Shown one piece after another: positions 9,163-19,343 of a stretch of DNA of 64,000 nt. Made by a program: the position numbers and the translations under genes. This DNA comes from Candidatus Moraniibacteriota bacterium (GTDB taxonomy: Bacteria; Patescibacteriota; Minisyncoccia; Moranbacterales; UBA1568). The stretch's first letter is position 1. Every line of letters starts with the position of its first letter. Below the pieces are notes generated by a model. That model was not told the origin of the DNA. It saw only the letters and a program-made list of their open reading frames with translations, and searched no databases. Location of the stretch: positions 716,020 to 780,019 of the forward strand of contig JAQTYF010000001.1 of assembly GCA_028688415.1 (NCBI GenBank). Reading direction: 5' to 3'.

Positions 9163-9261
9163 CTACCGATAAAAAAGCAACCCCAACAAAGATAAAAGAA
9201 TAATATGGATAACACCTACAACAATAATTACTGGCTCTCGTCGCATATTCATGTGTCGCAT
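9163..9261 (-). CDS. Possible 32-aa single-TM small protein
   Basis: MRHMNMRREPVIIVVGVIHIILLSLLGLLFYR*, co-oriented just upstream of the MsrQ-like gene. Confidence 0.35.
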   Translation of the reverse strand: MRHMNMRREPVIIVVGVIHIILLSLLGLLFYR

Positions 9262-9421
9262 ATATCTTCTTCTTTCATAGTAACGTACCCTCATAGTCTT
9301 TGCAACACAAATTTTTCTTACTTATTTTTCAAACAAAAAAACTGATATTTTTCCATTCCTCTTTTTCTATAGAAATATGGTATAATGAAGACAATATTTT
9401 TCATTTCTATGAAACCCATCA

Positions 9422-10726
9422 ATGAACGACCCGATCATTTCTGCCAATAAACTGCGCGTCATCTACAATCAAGGAGCTTCCAATGAAATGCGGGCGCTTG
9501 AAGAGACGGATGTCGCCATCTATCCTGAAGAATACGTTATTATCTACGGTCCATCTGGGTGTGGAAAGTCGACACTTTTGTATTCCCTTTCTGGATTGCA
9601 AAGCGCTACCTATGGGACCGTCTCTTTTCATGGTAAAGTCATTGCTCAAATGAGCCGAAAAGAAGACCTCGCATTGCACCAAACAGGTATCGGAATGATT
9701 TTTCAAGCTTTCTATCTCATCGGATCACTCGATATTCTTGATAATGTGTGTCTTCCCAAGGTGTTCCGCGGTACCGATCCCGAAGAAAGAAGGAAGGAAG
9801 GGTTTCAGCTTCTGCGTCGTTTTGGTATTGCCGAACAGGCAGACAAATTTCCAGGGCAACTCTCTGGTGGACAAAAACAACGCGTTGCTATTGCACGATC
9901 ACTCATCAATAACCCTGAAATTATTTTTGCCGATGAACCGGTTGGAAACCTCGATAGTGCCAGTTCCGAGAACGTGCTCCAAATCCTCAAGGAACTCAAT
10001 GAGATCGACAAAAAAACTATCGTGCTCGTCACACATAATCCAGAACACCTCGTCTATGCGGATCGTGTTATTTTCATGAAAGATGGTCGTATTGTCAAAG
10101 AAGAAATACACAAAGAAAAACGACCGATCAAGATTGAGAAAAAGGAGGAAGAAGAACAGGCCTTGGAATCTATGGAACTCAAGATTTTGATGGCGTCCTT
10201 CAAAAACCTCCTTCCACAACAAATTGATATCCTTTTGGTTCCTTTCAAAGCAAAACAACTTATCACTCATCTCCTTTCCCAATTAAGCGAAGAACAGGTT
10301 TCAACTGCCGAAGCCTTCCTCAAAGAACTCCTCTTCAAAAATATCGATATTTCACGATTTTCAGAACAACTCGATCTCCCTCTCGAAGCAGGTGGGGCTG
10401 GTTGGAACAAAATGCGGGCTCGATCATTCTCTGAAGACGTCATTACTATTCTCAATCAGGTAGAAAAATTGAAGAAAGATCCAGAAGAAGGATCTGCTTC
10501 TTTCCTGGAATATCTCATTGATCGTTTTCATCTCTCTCTCGCGCCAACCCAAAAAACACAATTTCAGAAACTTATCAATCTTCGTATTGCGAGCAAGGTT
10601 GGACAAACAGGACTTCAAAAAAATCTTGATGAAAAAATTACTGCCGGAGGTATCGGTCTCAACAAAATCACGGCCGAAAAAGTTGTTCGCGAAATAGAAA
10701 TTATTATGCTTCTCAAATATTCTTAA
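9422..10726 (+). CDS. ABC ATPase (LolD/MacB/FtsE type) with a ~200-aa C-terminal extension
   Basis: GPSGCGKS, LSGGQKQR, IFADEPVGNLD and VTH motifs; TGGTATAAT upstream. Confidence 0.92.
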   Translation: MNDPIISANKLRVIYNQGASNEMRALEETDVAIYPEEYVIIYGPSGCGKSTLLYSLSGLQSATYGTVSFHGKVIAQMSRKEDLALHQTGIGMIFQAFYLIGSLDILDNVCLPKVFRGTDPEERRKEGFQLLRRFGIAEQADKFPGQLSGGQKQRVAIARSLINNPEIIFADEPVGNLDSASSENVLQILKELNEIDKKTIVLVTHNPEHLVYADRVIFMKDGRIVKEEIHKEKRPIKIEKKEEEEQALESMELKILMASFKNLLPQQIDILLVPFKAKQLITHLLSQLSEEQVSTAEAFLKELLFKNIDISRFSEQLDLPLEAGGAGWNKMRARSFSEDVITILNQVEKLKKDPEEGSASFLEYLIDRFHLSLAPTQKTQFQKLINLRIASKVGQTGLQKNLDEKITAGGIGLNKITAEKVVREIEIIMLLKYS

Positions 10727-10730
10727 ATCT

Positions 10731-11927
10731 ATGCGTTTTTTCGATCTCCTCAAATTGTCTCTTCGTATGTTCAAGGCTCGCACGATGCGAACACTGTTGA
10801 CGATTCTCGGTATGAGTGTCGGTATTTCAGCTATTATTTTTCTTGTATCTTTCGGGTATGGATTACAGCTGACACTTCTCGAAAAAATTACAACATCTGA
10901 TGCTCTCGTCACGCTCGACGTGACACTTGGTGATACGAAAGATGATCGTAGTCTCGATGAAACAGCTATTAGTGAGCTTCGAACAATCCCTACAATAAGC
11001 GATATCATCCCTGTTCTCGAACTTCCTGGACAAGGGAAATTCGAGGACTTCACGCTCGACGTAGACACAATAAGTTCTTCTGCATCACTTTTCAAAAATG
11101 AGGGATTAAAGCTCGAGGAAGGAAAATTTTTTACAGAAACTGAATCAGAGAATGTAGTGATCACATCGGCAGTCGTGCGTATTTTCGATATCACTCCAAA
11201 AGAAATGATTGGCAAAACAGTTTCACTTACTTTGTTTCAGAGTAATACATCTGGTCAGACTGACGCACAGGCATCGTATGAACCCGATGTACTTTATACC
11301 GTCGTTGGTGTTATTGCTGGCGAAGAAAACATTATTTATCTCCCACTCAATTCGCTATCAGACTTTGCTATCGAAGGGTATACAAAATTGAAAGTGAAAT
11401 GTGCTTCAACAAATGTCTTGAATCAAACTCGTAGCGAGGTAGAATCCAAAGGTTTTGCTGCTTCTTCTATTTCTGAAACCATCGACCAGGCCAACAAAGT
11501 ATTCAGCATCGTACAAATTATCCTTATGGTTTTCGGAATGATTGCCCTCATCGTTTCCGCTATCGGTATGTTCAACACGATGACTATTGCCCTCCTCGAA
11601 CGTACCGAGGAAATCGGAATTATGAAAGCTATCGGTGCTTCACGAGGAAGTATTTCTATGATGTTTATTATGGAATCTACTCTCATGGGATTTCTTGGTG
11701 CCCTCGGAGGAGTCATTCTCGGATACGTCGGGGGCAAAATACTCAATGTGCTCATCAATCTCATTGCCAATCGTTTTGGAGGTGAGTCTGTCAGCCTCTT
11801 CTACAATCCTGCCTGGTTCATCCTCACTGTTATAGGTTTCGGTGCATTCATTGGTTTTCTCACGGGTCTCTTCCCAGCTCGCAAGGCTTCTTCTATCGAT
11901 ACTTTGGAAGCATTACGTTACAAATAA
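10731..11927 (+). CDS. MacB/FtsX-family ABC permease
   Basis: RTLLTILG, ERTEEIGIMKAIGAS and PARKAS...EALRY motifs. Confidence 0.92.
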   Translation: MRFFDLLKLSLRMFKARTMRTLLTILGMSVGISAIIFLVSFGYGLQLTLLEKITTSDALVTLDVTLGDTKDDRSLDETAISELRTIPTISDIIPVLELPGQGKFEDFTLDVDTISSSASLFKNEGLKLEEGKFFTETESENVVITSAVVRIFDITPKEMIGKTVSLTLFQSNTSGQTDAQASYEPDVLYTVVGVIAGEENIIYLPLNSLSDFAIEGYTKLKVKCASTNVLNQTRSEVESKGFAASSISETIDQANKVFSIVQIILMVFGMIALIVSAIGMFNTMTIALLERTEEIGIMKAIGASRGSISMMFIMESTLMGFLGALGGVILGYVGGKILNVLINLIANRFGGESVSLFYNPAWFILTVIGFGAFIGFLTGLFPARKASSIDTLEALRYK

Positions 11928-11949
11928 AATAAGCATTCAGGAATGAATG

Positions 11950-13728
11950 TTATTCGTATGTGGATCGAAGCGCGTTGATAATAACGAGCACGTCTATCGC
12001 TTCCTGAATGAGAGCTCCGGAAAGTGGCGTGATCATGCCGAGAGAAGCTCCTATCATACCAAGTGATGACAAGCCGATACCGATAAGAATACTCTGCAAA
12101 GCCACATGGTATGATCGCCGACCAATATGTATGGCATCACGAATAAGAAAAGCATTGTGTCCAAAAATAGCGACGTCAGCAGCTTCTATTGAGGCACTAT
12201 TTTCTGATCCAGAGAATACGATACCGACATCTGCAAGAGCGAGAGCCGGGGCATCGTTCATTCCATCTCCTACCATACCGACAAGGTGTCCTTCTTTCTG
12301 ATACCGCTGTATCAAGGCTGTTTTATTCTCTGGACGACACCGTGCGTATATCGGCAATTGGAATTGGCCAAAAAGACGCTCAGCATTCTCTTTCTTGTCC
12401 CCCGTCAATATACCGAGCGTATAATTATGTTTTCTCAAATATTCAAATGTCTGAGACACCTCTGCTTTGAGCTCATCATCAAAAAAGAATCGTGCCAGAA
12501 GAATGTCTTCTTTCATCAAATCAACGACAATACCGCTATTTTCCGAATGCTGAACAGACTGCACCATACTGTATTGCTGTCCACCAATATTTCCAAATAT
12601 TCCTTCTCCAATTTTCTCCTCTACCTGTTCCGCTACAATATGTTCTCCTTCTGACAGGTGATACTCTCGAATAATAGCTTTGGCAATAGGATGAAAGGAG
12701 TGTTGTTCGAGAGCAGAAGCAAGTGCGAGAGCTTTTTCTTGAGAAATTGATTTATCAAAAAGTACAATTTTTTTCAGTTGAGGAATACCAAGTGTCAACG
12801 TCCCTGTTTTATCAAAGAAAAACATCTTTGTTTTGGCAAGCAACTCAAGCACGAGTGGACTCTTGATAATAATATTTTTTCTTGCTGCTTTATTGAGCCC
12901 ACCGATGAAACTGATCGGTGCCGCAATGAGGAGTGGACACGGTGTTGCAATGACAAGCACAGCAAGAAACCGTTCCCAATCACCTGAAAAGGCAAGAGCT
13001 CCAAAGGCGAGAGCAAGAGCAAAAAAAGTAAAATAAATATTGTATTGTTCTGCAAGACGAGCTATCGGTGCTGGATGCACCTTCCCTTCTTCTACGAGAG
13101 ACAGTATTTTTCTATAACTCGAATGTTCAAAATCTGAGAGCACCTGGAGATTGATCGACGTACCGACATTGACCGTACCACTTTTGAGAACAGCCATCTC
13201 GACATACACAACTGGTTCCATTTCTCCAGTGATATTTGCTTCATTGAGTAATGCTTTCTCTGAGAGCAGACGTCCATCAAAAGCCAGCATCTCGTTGGGA
13301 CGAATAGAGAGAATATCTCCTTTGTGTACATCCTGCAAAGAAACTTCTTCTGTACCTCCAGAAACGACACGGAGTGCGACCTTTGGAATGTTTTCAAAAA
13401 GTCCACGGAGCGTTTTTTCTGCTTTACGAGAGCCATAATTCTCAAGAGCAGTGCTCATCACCACCATCAGAGAAACGACCGCTCCTGCCAAAAATTGACT
13501 CAAGACAAAGGCAGTACCGAGTGCGAGAAATGCGAGATAATCGAGATTCCATCGCCCCCTCCTCACACGTCTATATGATTCCATGAGAAGTTCGGACAAT
13601 CCAATGAGAATAGCTATTCCATATATGAAATCTCGTTTCGTAAAAAGAGCAATGAGAATACAGCAAAAGATAAAAAAAGGTAATCGAAATTCTTTCTTCC
13701 CTAAGAGAAATGCGATACTTCGATACAT
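11950..13728 (-). CDS. Heavy-metal P1B-type ATPase (P1B-5-like)
   Basis: TGE, TPCPL, DKTGTLT, HP, GDGMNDAPAL and QEAID motifs; no N-terminal metal-binding domain. Confidence 0.9.
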   Translation of the reverse strand: MYRSIAFLLGKKEFRLPFFIFCCILIALFTKRDFIYGIAILIGLSELLMESYRRVRRGRWNLDYLAFLALGTAFVLSQFLAGAVVSLMVVMSTALENYGSRKAEKTLRGLFENIPKVALRVVSGGTEEVSLQDVHKGDILSIRPNEMLAFDGRLLSEKALLNEANITGEMEPVVYVEMAVLKSGTVNVGTSINLQVLSDFEHSSYRKILSLVEEGKVHPAPIARLAEQYNIYFTFFALALAFGALAFSGDWERFLAVLVIATPCPLLIAAPISFIGGLNKAARKNIIIKSPLVLELLAKTKMFFFDKTGTLTLGIPQLKKIVLFDKSISQEKALALASALEQHSFHPIAKAIIREYHLSEGEHIVAEQVEEKIGEGIFGNIGGQQYSMVQSVQHSENSGIVVDLMKEDILLARFFFDDELKAEVSQTFEYLRKHNYTLGILTGDKKENAERLFGQFQLPIYARCRPENKTALIQRYQKEGHLVGMVGDGMNDAPALALADVGIVFSGSENSASIEAADVAIFGHNAFLIRDAIHIGRRSYHVALQSILIGIGLSSLGMIGASLGMITPLSGALIQEAIDVLVIINALRSTYE

Positions 13729-13752
13729 ATTTCTTGTGGTGATAAAAATGTT

Positions 13753-15198
13753 TTATATTTTTTTTCTTGGATCTTGTGCCAAGGACTGTTCATACTTTTT
13801 TATGAGAGATTCATCAGTATGCAAACGTGTTTCAAGCGAAGCAATTTCTTTCTCTTCTCGCACGACCTGACGTAATACCCAAAAAAGAATCGATCCAAAA
13901 ATACCGAAAAGGAGAAGTCCGATACCGATCAAATAGAGTACTGAATCACCTAAAGCACGGATCTTTTCTTGAAAAACATCCAATCCAGTATCGACTGATG
14001 TTCCTCCTTTTTTCCATTCACGACACTGATTTGCATATCTCTCAAAACTTTTTTTCTGCACAAAGAGAGGATTGCTTCCCTCAAGAGATTGATTCAAAGA
14101 TGTCATTGCTTTATCGCATTGTCTCAAAGAAAAAGCACGAAAACCCTCTCGAAAATACTTGCTATACGCTCCTTGGACAGGGGTAATACCTGTCTGTACC
14201 ACCAGATTTTTCATCATTTCGATCGGTAATGCAAAAGCGAAATTGTCTCCCTGTTCCCGATCGAGTGCATCCGTCTGAAGTGTCACTATGCCCGTTACCA
14301 GTCCTTCTTCATCAAACAACGGGCCTCCGCTCGATCCTTCAGACACCTTGGCATCTGTTTGGAATAATCGGAAACTTTTATCTCCTGACTGTTTGAGCGC
14401 GCTCACAACACCTTGAGTAAATGTCGCTTCCAGAGCACTATTTTGATTGAGTTCTGCTGTCGCTGGAAAACCCAAGATAAAGGCTTTTTTTCCAACGGCG
14501 AGAGAGGCACTTTCTCCGAGACTCAATGCTGGGAGGCGAGACTCATTGATTTTAATGAGTGCTACGTCTTGTTCATCATTCACAAAATTATCATTCACTG
14601 AAACGATACTCGCAGGAAAACCTTGTGAAAAAAGAGCGGTCAAAGATTTTTCTGATGAATCTGGTCGCAATACGACACGCTCCACCGTGAGGTCAAACTG
14701 ACTGTTATCTATCACGAACTGAAGCACTTTTTGACTGAAGTTATTTTCTGATTCAGAATTGAGAAATGTCTCCATATCAGCATCGCTCAAGAAAAGAGCA
14801 TTTTCATACAAAACAGACATTGCTCTTTCTGATGCCAGTATCTGCTTGAGGGTTTCTTCTGAAACGACATGTGCATTGGTCGCGATATATCCATCTGGAT
14901 GAATGATAAATCCGCTCCCTACAAGGTATTCGTCAATTGTTACTTTACTGTATTTATCCGGTATGATTGCAACGGTGTTTTTTACAATATCTACTTTGAT
15001 AAAAGGTATCTGAGCACTTCCAGTTGTATGACTCACGATACGTACGATTGACGGCTTGACCAAGTCAACCAATGCCTCTTCAGGAAGTAATTCTTTGGCT
15101 TCCATTGATTGAGGAAGAGAGAAAAAGGTAAACAACAAGAAACCAGACAACAAAAAGGAATGAAACAATAAGGAAGCTGGTACGGGCATAAAATCCAA
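13753..15198 (-). CDS. Trypsin-like (HtrA-related, no PDZ) serine protease with signal peptide and C-terminal TM
   Basis: TNAHVV, QDVAL and GSSGGP triad motifs. Confidence 0.88.
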   Translation of the reverse strand: MDFMPVPASLLFHSFLLSGFLLFTFFSLPQSMEAKELLPEEALVDLVKPSIVRIVSHTTGSAQIPFIKVDIVKNTVAIIPDKYSKVTIDEYLVGSGFIIHPDGYIATNAHVVSEETLKQILASERAMSVLYENALFLSDADMETFLNSESENNFSQKVLQFVIDNSQFDLTVERVVLRPDSSEKSLTALFSQGFPASIVSVNDNFVNDEQDVALIKINESRLPALSLGESASLAVGKKAFILGFPATAELNQNSALEATFTQGVVSALKQSGDKSFRLFQTDAKVSEGSSGGPLFDEEGLVTGIVTLQTDALDREQGDNFAFALPIEMMKNLVVQTGITPVQGAYSKYFREGFRAFSLRQCDKAMTSLNQSLEGSNPLFVQKKSFERYANQCREWKKGGTSVDTGLDVFQEKIRALGDSVLYLIGIGLLLFGIFGSILFWVLRQVVREEKEIASLETRLHTDESLIKKYEQSLAQDPRKKI

Positions 15199-15214
15199 AT
15201 AACGCTCTTGTATA

Positions 15215-15946
15215 TTATTTTTCCACCACTGTCATCGTTTCGATAACAACAGGTGTCACAGGTGATGAACCCTCACCTTCTTTGCGTGTCGGAGCGCCTG
15301 CGATAATGTCGACAGTCTCGAGACCGGTGGTCACCTTCCCAAAAATGACATAATTCTTCGGAAGTGGGGTATCTTTGTGCATGATGAAGAATTGACTGCC
15401 ATTGGTATTGGATCCAGAATTGGCCATAGCTATCGTGCCTCGAGTGTACTCACCCGAGAATGATTCATCGGCAAACTTGTACCCAGGACCACCCATACCC
15501 GTCCCTGTCGGATCACCTCCCTGAATCATAAAATCTTTGATTGTGCGATGAAAAATCGTCCCATCATAGAATTTTTCTCGTGCCAAAAATACAAAATTAT
15601 TGACGGTTATCGGTGTAGCCTCCGCATCAAGTTCGACTTCGATCATACCGACACTTGTTTTCAGAGTAGCGGTATATTTCTTTGTGACATCAATAGTCAT
15701 CGATGGTTGTGTCGTATACATTTTTTTCTGTGTTAACGTATTAGTTGGTGATTGAACGGGTGGGGTTTCTTTGGGCTTCTTCTGAGCTGGAGCCTCTTGT
15801 GGAGGGACTGATTCTTTTGTTGTCTTTTCAGTATCAAATACGAGTCCACTTTCACCTGATTTTTCTCTCCGTATTTCCTCCGTCGTGCAACCCGAAAGAG
15901 AAAAAGCTCCTAAAAAAATAAATACGAAAAAAAAGAGGAGTTTCAT
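15215..15946 (-). CDS. Cyclophilin-type peptidyl-prolyl isomerase, probable lipoprotein
   Basis: LSGC lipobox; FHRTIKDFMIQGGDPTGTG and NGSQFFI motifs. Confidence 0.93.
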   Translation of the reverse strand: MKLLFFFVFIFLGAFSLSGCTTEEIRREKSGESGLVFDTEKTTKESVPPQEAPAQKKPKETPPVQSPTNTLTQKKMYTTQPSMTIDVTKKYTATLKTSVGMIEVELDAEATPITVNNFVFLAREKFYDGTIFHRTIKDFMIQGGDPTGTGMGGPGYKFADESFSGEYTRGTIAMANSGSNTNGSQFFIMHKDTPLPKNYVIFGKVTTGLETVDIIAGAPTRKEGEGSSPVTPVVIETMTVVEK

Positions 15947-16087
15947 TTTTTTTATTCTTACTTCTTATATACGCTTCGGATATACTCTTACATTTCCTTC
16001 TTATTATACCCGAAAAATCAAAATCACCCAAACCTCAGAAAGAAAAAATATTTTGTCTTTCTCTGGAAAATATTTCCCGATGAGATG

Positions 16088-16116
16088 TTGACTTTTGAGA
16101 AAAAAGGTGCTATACT
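16088..16116 (+). promoter_or_regulatory. sigma70-type promoter
   Basis: TTGACT-17 nt-TATACT with TGn extension. Confidence 0.7.
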
Positions 16117-16133
16117 GTATATGTTGAGATATG

Positions 16134-16180
16134 AAAAGCGGGTGAAGACTTCAAATGTCTACGCCCGTTTTTTCTTTCTT
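16134..16180 (+). terminator. Terminator-like hairpin just downstream of the promoter
   Basis: GCGGGTGAAGAC-TTCAAAT-GTCTACGCCCG followed by a T run. Confidence 0.55.
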
Positions 16181-16275
16181 AATGCGTTAAAAAACCTAAA
16201 GGTCGAGTAGGGTTATAAATAAAAATAAAAAAACGCAACAATTATTTCTAAAAAATAAATAGTAACAATAATATT

Positions 16276-16443
16276 ATGGAAACACCTATGGAAACAACAG
16301 ACACCTGTTCTACAAATGGATGTCCCAATTGTACCAAAGTTGCAGAAGAATCAAAGCAGAACGAAGAAATGAGCCTTGCTTTCTTACTCGCTCTCGTTCC
16401 TGTCATCAGCCTTACCTTCTTTGGTCAAATGGGTCTCTTGTAA
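16276..16443 (+). CDS. 55-aa small protein with Cys motif and hydrophobic C-terminus (not in ORF track)
   Basis: METPMETTDTCSTNGCPNCTKVAEESKQNEEMSLAFLLALVPVISLTFFGQMGLL*; lies between a promoter and a terminator. Confidence 0.7.
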   Translation: METPMETTDTCSTNGCPNCTKVAEESKQNEEMSLAFLLALVPVISLTFFGQMGLL

Positions 16444-16459
16444 AAGAACTCTTGAACCA

Positions 16460-16505
16460 AAAGAAAGACCGATTTACCAGCTGGTAAATCGGTTTTCTTT
16501 TTTCT
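16460..16505. terminator. Bidirectional intrinsic terminator
   Basis: ACCGATTTACCAG/CTGGTAAATCGGT palindrome with A- and T-rich flanks, between convergent genes. Confidence 0.75.
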
Positions 16506-16563
16506 TTACTTGTTTTGCAATAACGACAGACAGGAGGCAATCATGTCTCTTCTTTTTATTTTC

Positions 16564-19317
16564 TTAATGTTTCTGAGAAGAATTCCTTACAAAGGCTTCT
16601 ACTCGGCGTTCTTCGAGAAGCGAATGTATAATGCTCAAGACAAAAAGAATAAGAATCACACTGATCGATATACGAAAAGTGAAGAGAAGAGAAGCGGGAA
16701 TATATGAAGCGATAGCCGCATAATACTTCCGTGGTCCGACAAGTGGTCCATCTGTCAGAAGAGGTGCCTCCACCTCCAATTGAATAGATGAAGAAAAATT
16801 GATCTCTGGAGATTCGAAAGGTGAAATTCCCCAGATATCAAGCAATGCTCTACGGATATCATCACTCTGCACGTATTGGGCAAGTAGATTGACCGTGTAT
16901 GTTCCAGGAGATTCCTTGGTAATATCAAATGGCGGGAGAGAAATATCAGAACCAGAAGAAACTCCGTCCAAAAGCCACTCTTTTTGTACATTTGCTGACG
17001 ACAGAAAGTTCGGTATCATTTTCCCTCGTAGCCTGACACTGGTACCAAAATATGATTGATAAATAGATTCGCTCAAATCATCACAATAACCATCCTTACA
17101 ATACGATGCGGTGGAACCAGCAAGGTCCCTATACTTCCCGAGATATTTCTGCCACACAGCATTCTTATCAACAGATTCTATGAATATTTGTGGCTCTACA
17201 ACATTGAAAGCCCTCGTAAGCGTCACAGACTTTCCTGTTTTTATATTATTTGCCACGACAACCACTGTGTATGTATCTCCGACATTTCCTGTGACTGGAA
17301 AATAATTGATTGGTCCCTGAGATTTTTCGTTACAATCGTTAGAAACCCTTGAAGTACATGTGAGTGGGGTGCTATTAATTGTCCATTGAAAGTTGGAGAG
17401 AGTAGTATCATCAACTTTGAGTCCGATAATTTCATTTTTTATCACACGACAAATAGTTCTATCAGACGGTTCACTGTTACAGATTGATCCCGATGGATCC
17501 AAAGAAACCTGCATCTTTCCTGATGGAACGTCGAGTCTTGATATTACCCTGGACGCAGTAATTTTTTCCGAAGTGGAGAGGAATTTCACGATGACATCGC
17601 TATTGCCTTTGCGTACTCCACCACCAGCGAAATGTTCTTCTGCGTCGACTCTGAACCGTAAATATCCCGTCTCTCTCCCGTTACCAATATACGTGTTCAT
17701 TTTGGTACGGGGAATATCTAATTTAAGACTCACTGTATCGAGAGCATTACCATCGGTATTACCCAACAAACCAAGATCTCGTAAATCAGCTGTTATGTTT
17801 CTCGCTGTACCATTGGAGAAGGCGCTGGTAGCACTCCCTATGTATACCGTCCACTTGAAAAGAGTATTGGATATATTCTGTGCTGGATTTGCGATCATTG
17901 ATTGAACAGTCAAGAGATCTCCACTCTTATCATTGCCCGGATCATTGAGAGGGTCAGACGGAGAAGCTGAAACACTGACATCAAGTTTTGTCGCCTGACC
18001 TCCTTCTGTCGGATCAACGAGGTTTCTCTCGATACAATCATTGAGATTGACATCAGCCACGGGGATAGTCACATTATACCCTTTGATAGACTTCACATAT
18101 GAACCAGTGCTTTTTGCGAGAGAAAGAGGACAATCTTTCTTGGAAAAAGCCCACATAATCATCGATGAGGAATCATTATACTTTGTGGTATACATCGATG
18201 TGCCTTCGACAGCGACACCTACTTTATCTCCAGGCTCATAATTCCAAGTGAAGGATGATTGACCAAGACCAACAACATTTGCCTCATCTTTATTTTCGTT
18301 ATCCGCAGTGCTTGGATCGATAGGATTGGTCTTCCATTTTCTCTCTTCTCCGAGAGTAAAGCTCCCATCACCACTCGAATAGCCAGGGAATTTTGGGAAA
18401 AGATGTCGACAGTAGAGATCGACACTGGCATCAGAAGTAGCAGAACAGGTAGCAAGTGCTGAGCCACAAGAAGTTGTAGATGTAGGGTTAGCGACACAAC
18501 GAGGTTCACCGACACTACAAACCGGCGCACCAGCAGAACAAGCAGGGACACCAGAAACAGTACATTGACCCGTATCAGCAAAACTGAAGAGAGAGCCTGA
18601 TGAAGTGACATTTGGATCAATAGTGAGTTGTTCTGATTCAACGTTGACAAGACTTGTCATACACACAGGACTTGTGCCTCCAGGACAGTCAAAAGTAATA
18701 TTTGAAGCACTTCCTAATTCATAGTTTGTTCCTGATGAAGGGTCGTGGATATAACAGTGTGATGACATACCAAGTTTGTCATCACCTCCATAATGAGCGT
18801 CGTAGCCATCCCTATCTGTATCCACTGTCGTACTCGGACCGAGATCACTCGTATATCCATTCTGAACAATGATACGTGCAGCTTCGATCTTCCAATCCTC
18901 GACGGTCACCCTCCCATCGTTATCGAGATCACAGTCTTCATTGGATGATCCTATATTGCATCCCTTCCGCTTGAGTGTCCATGTATAATAGAGTGCTTTT
19001 TCAGTATTCGAAAAATACATTGGAAATGCTTTTGCAGTCATCTTTTCACCAGCCTTTGGATCATTCGGGGAAAAATAAAGCATTACTTCAGGAGCATATC
19101 CTTTATTTGATGAAACATTCATCATTTCTCCTTGGTCCTGGAGTGTCGATGTGTCGAGATGGTACCGTCGTTCCACATCAGACATAATACTCGAAGCAGA
19201 AGGTATGGACGGTCCCCCACCAAAAAGTGCAGAAGCAGGGGCACTATTCATCACAAAAAGTTGGAGAACAGCGAAAAGTATTAAAAATGGTTTTTGTTTT
19301 TTTTGCAAAAGTTTCAT
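16564..19317 (-). CDS. Large secreted Cys-rich, beta-rich surface protein with C-terminal TM anchor
   Basis: Signal peptide from ATG 19317; DLDNDG and DTDRDG Ca-binding-like motifs; many Cys; C-terminal TM. Confidence 0.75.
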   Translation of the reverse strand: MKLLQKKQKPFLILFAVLQLFVMNSAPASALFGGGPSIPSASSIMSDVERRYHLDTSTLQDQGEMMNVSSNKGYAPEVMLYFSPNDPKAGEKMTAKAFPMYFSNTEKALYYTWTLKRKGCNIGSSNEDCDLDNDGRVTVEDWKIEAARIIVQNGYTSDLGPSTTVDTDRDGYDAHYGGDDKLGMSSHCYIHDPSSGTNYELGSASNITFDCPGGTSPVCMTSLVNVESEQLTIDPNVTSSGSLFSFADTGQCTVSGVPACSAGAPVCSVGEPRCVANPTSTTSCGSALATCSATSDASVDLYCRHLFPKFPGYSSGDGSFTLGEERKWKTNPIDPSTADNENKDEANVVGLGQSSFTWNYEPGDKVGVAVEGTSMYTTKYNDSSSMIMWAFSKKDCPLSLAKSTGSYVKSIKGYNVTIPVADVNLNDCIERNLVDPTEGGQATKLDVSVSASPSDPLNDPGNDKSGDLLTVQSMIANPAQNISNTLFKWTVYIGSATSAFSNGTARNITADLRDLGLLGNTDGNALDTVSLKLDIPRTKMNTYIGNGRETGYLRFRVDAEEHFAGGGVRKGNSDVIVKFLSTSEKITASRVISRLDVPSGKMQVSLDPSGSICNSEPSDRTICRVIKNEIIGLKVDDTTLSNFQWTINSTPLTCTSRVSNDCNEKSQGPINYFPVTGNVGDTYTVVVVANNIKTGKSVTLTRAFNVVEPQIFIESVDKNAVWQKYLGKYRDLAGSTASYCKDGYCDDLSESIYQSYFGTSVRLRGKMIPNFLSSANVQKEWLLDGVSSGSDISLPPFDITKESPGTYTVNLLAQYVQSDDIRRALLDIWGISPFESPEINFSSSIQLEVEAPLLTDGPLVGPRKYYAAIASYIPASLLFTFRISISVILILFVLSIIHSLLEERRVEAFVRNSSQKH

Positions 19318-19343
19318 AGAAATGCTCTTACGAACAAAAAATA

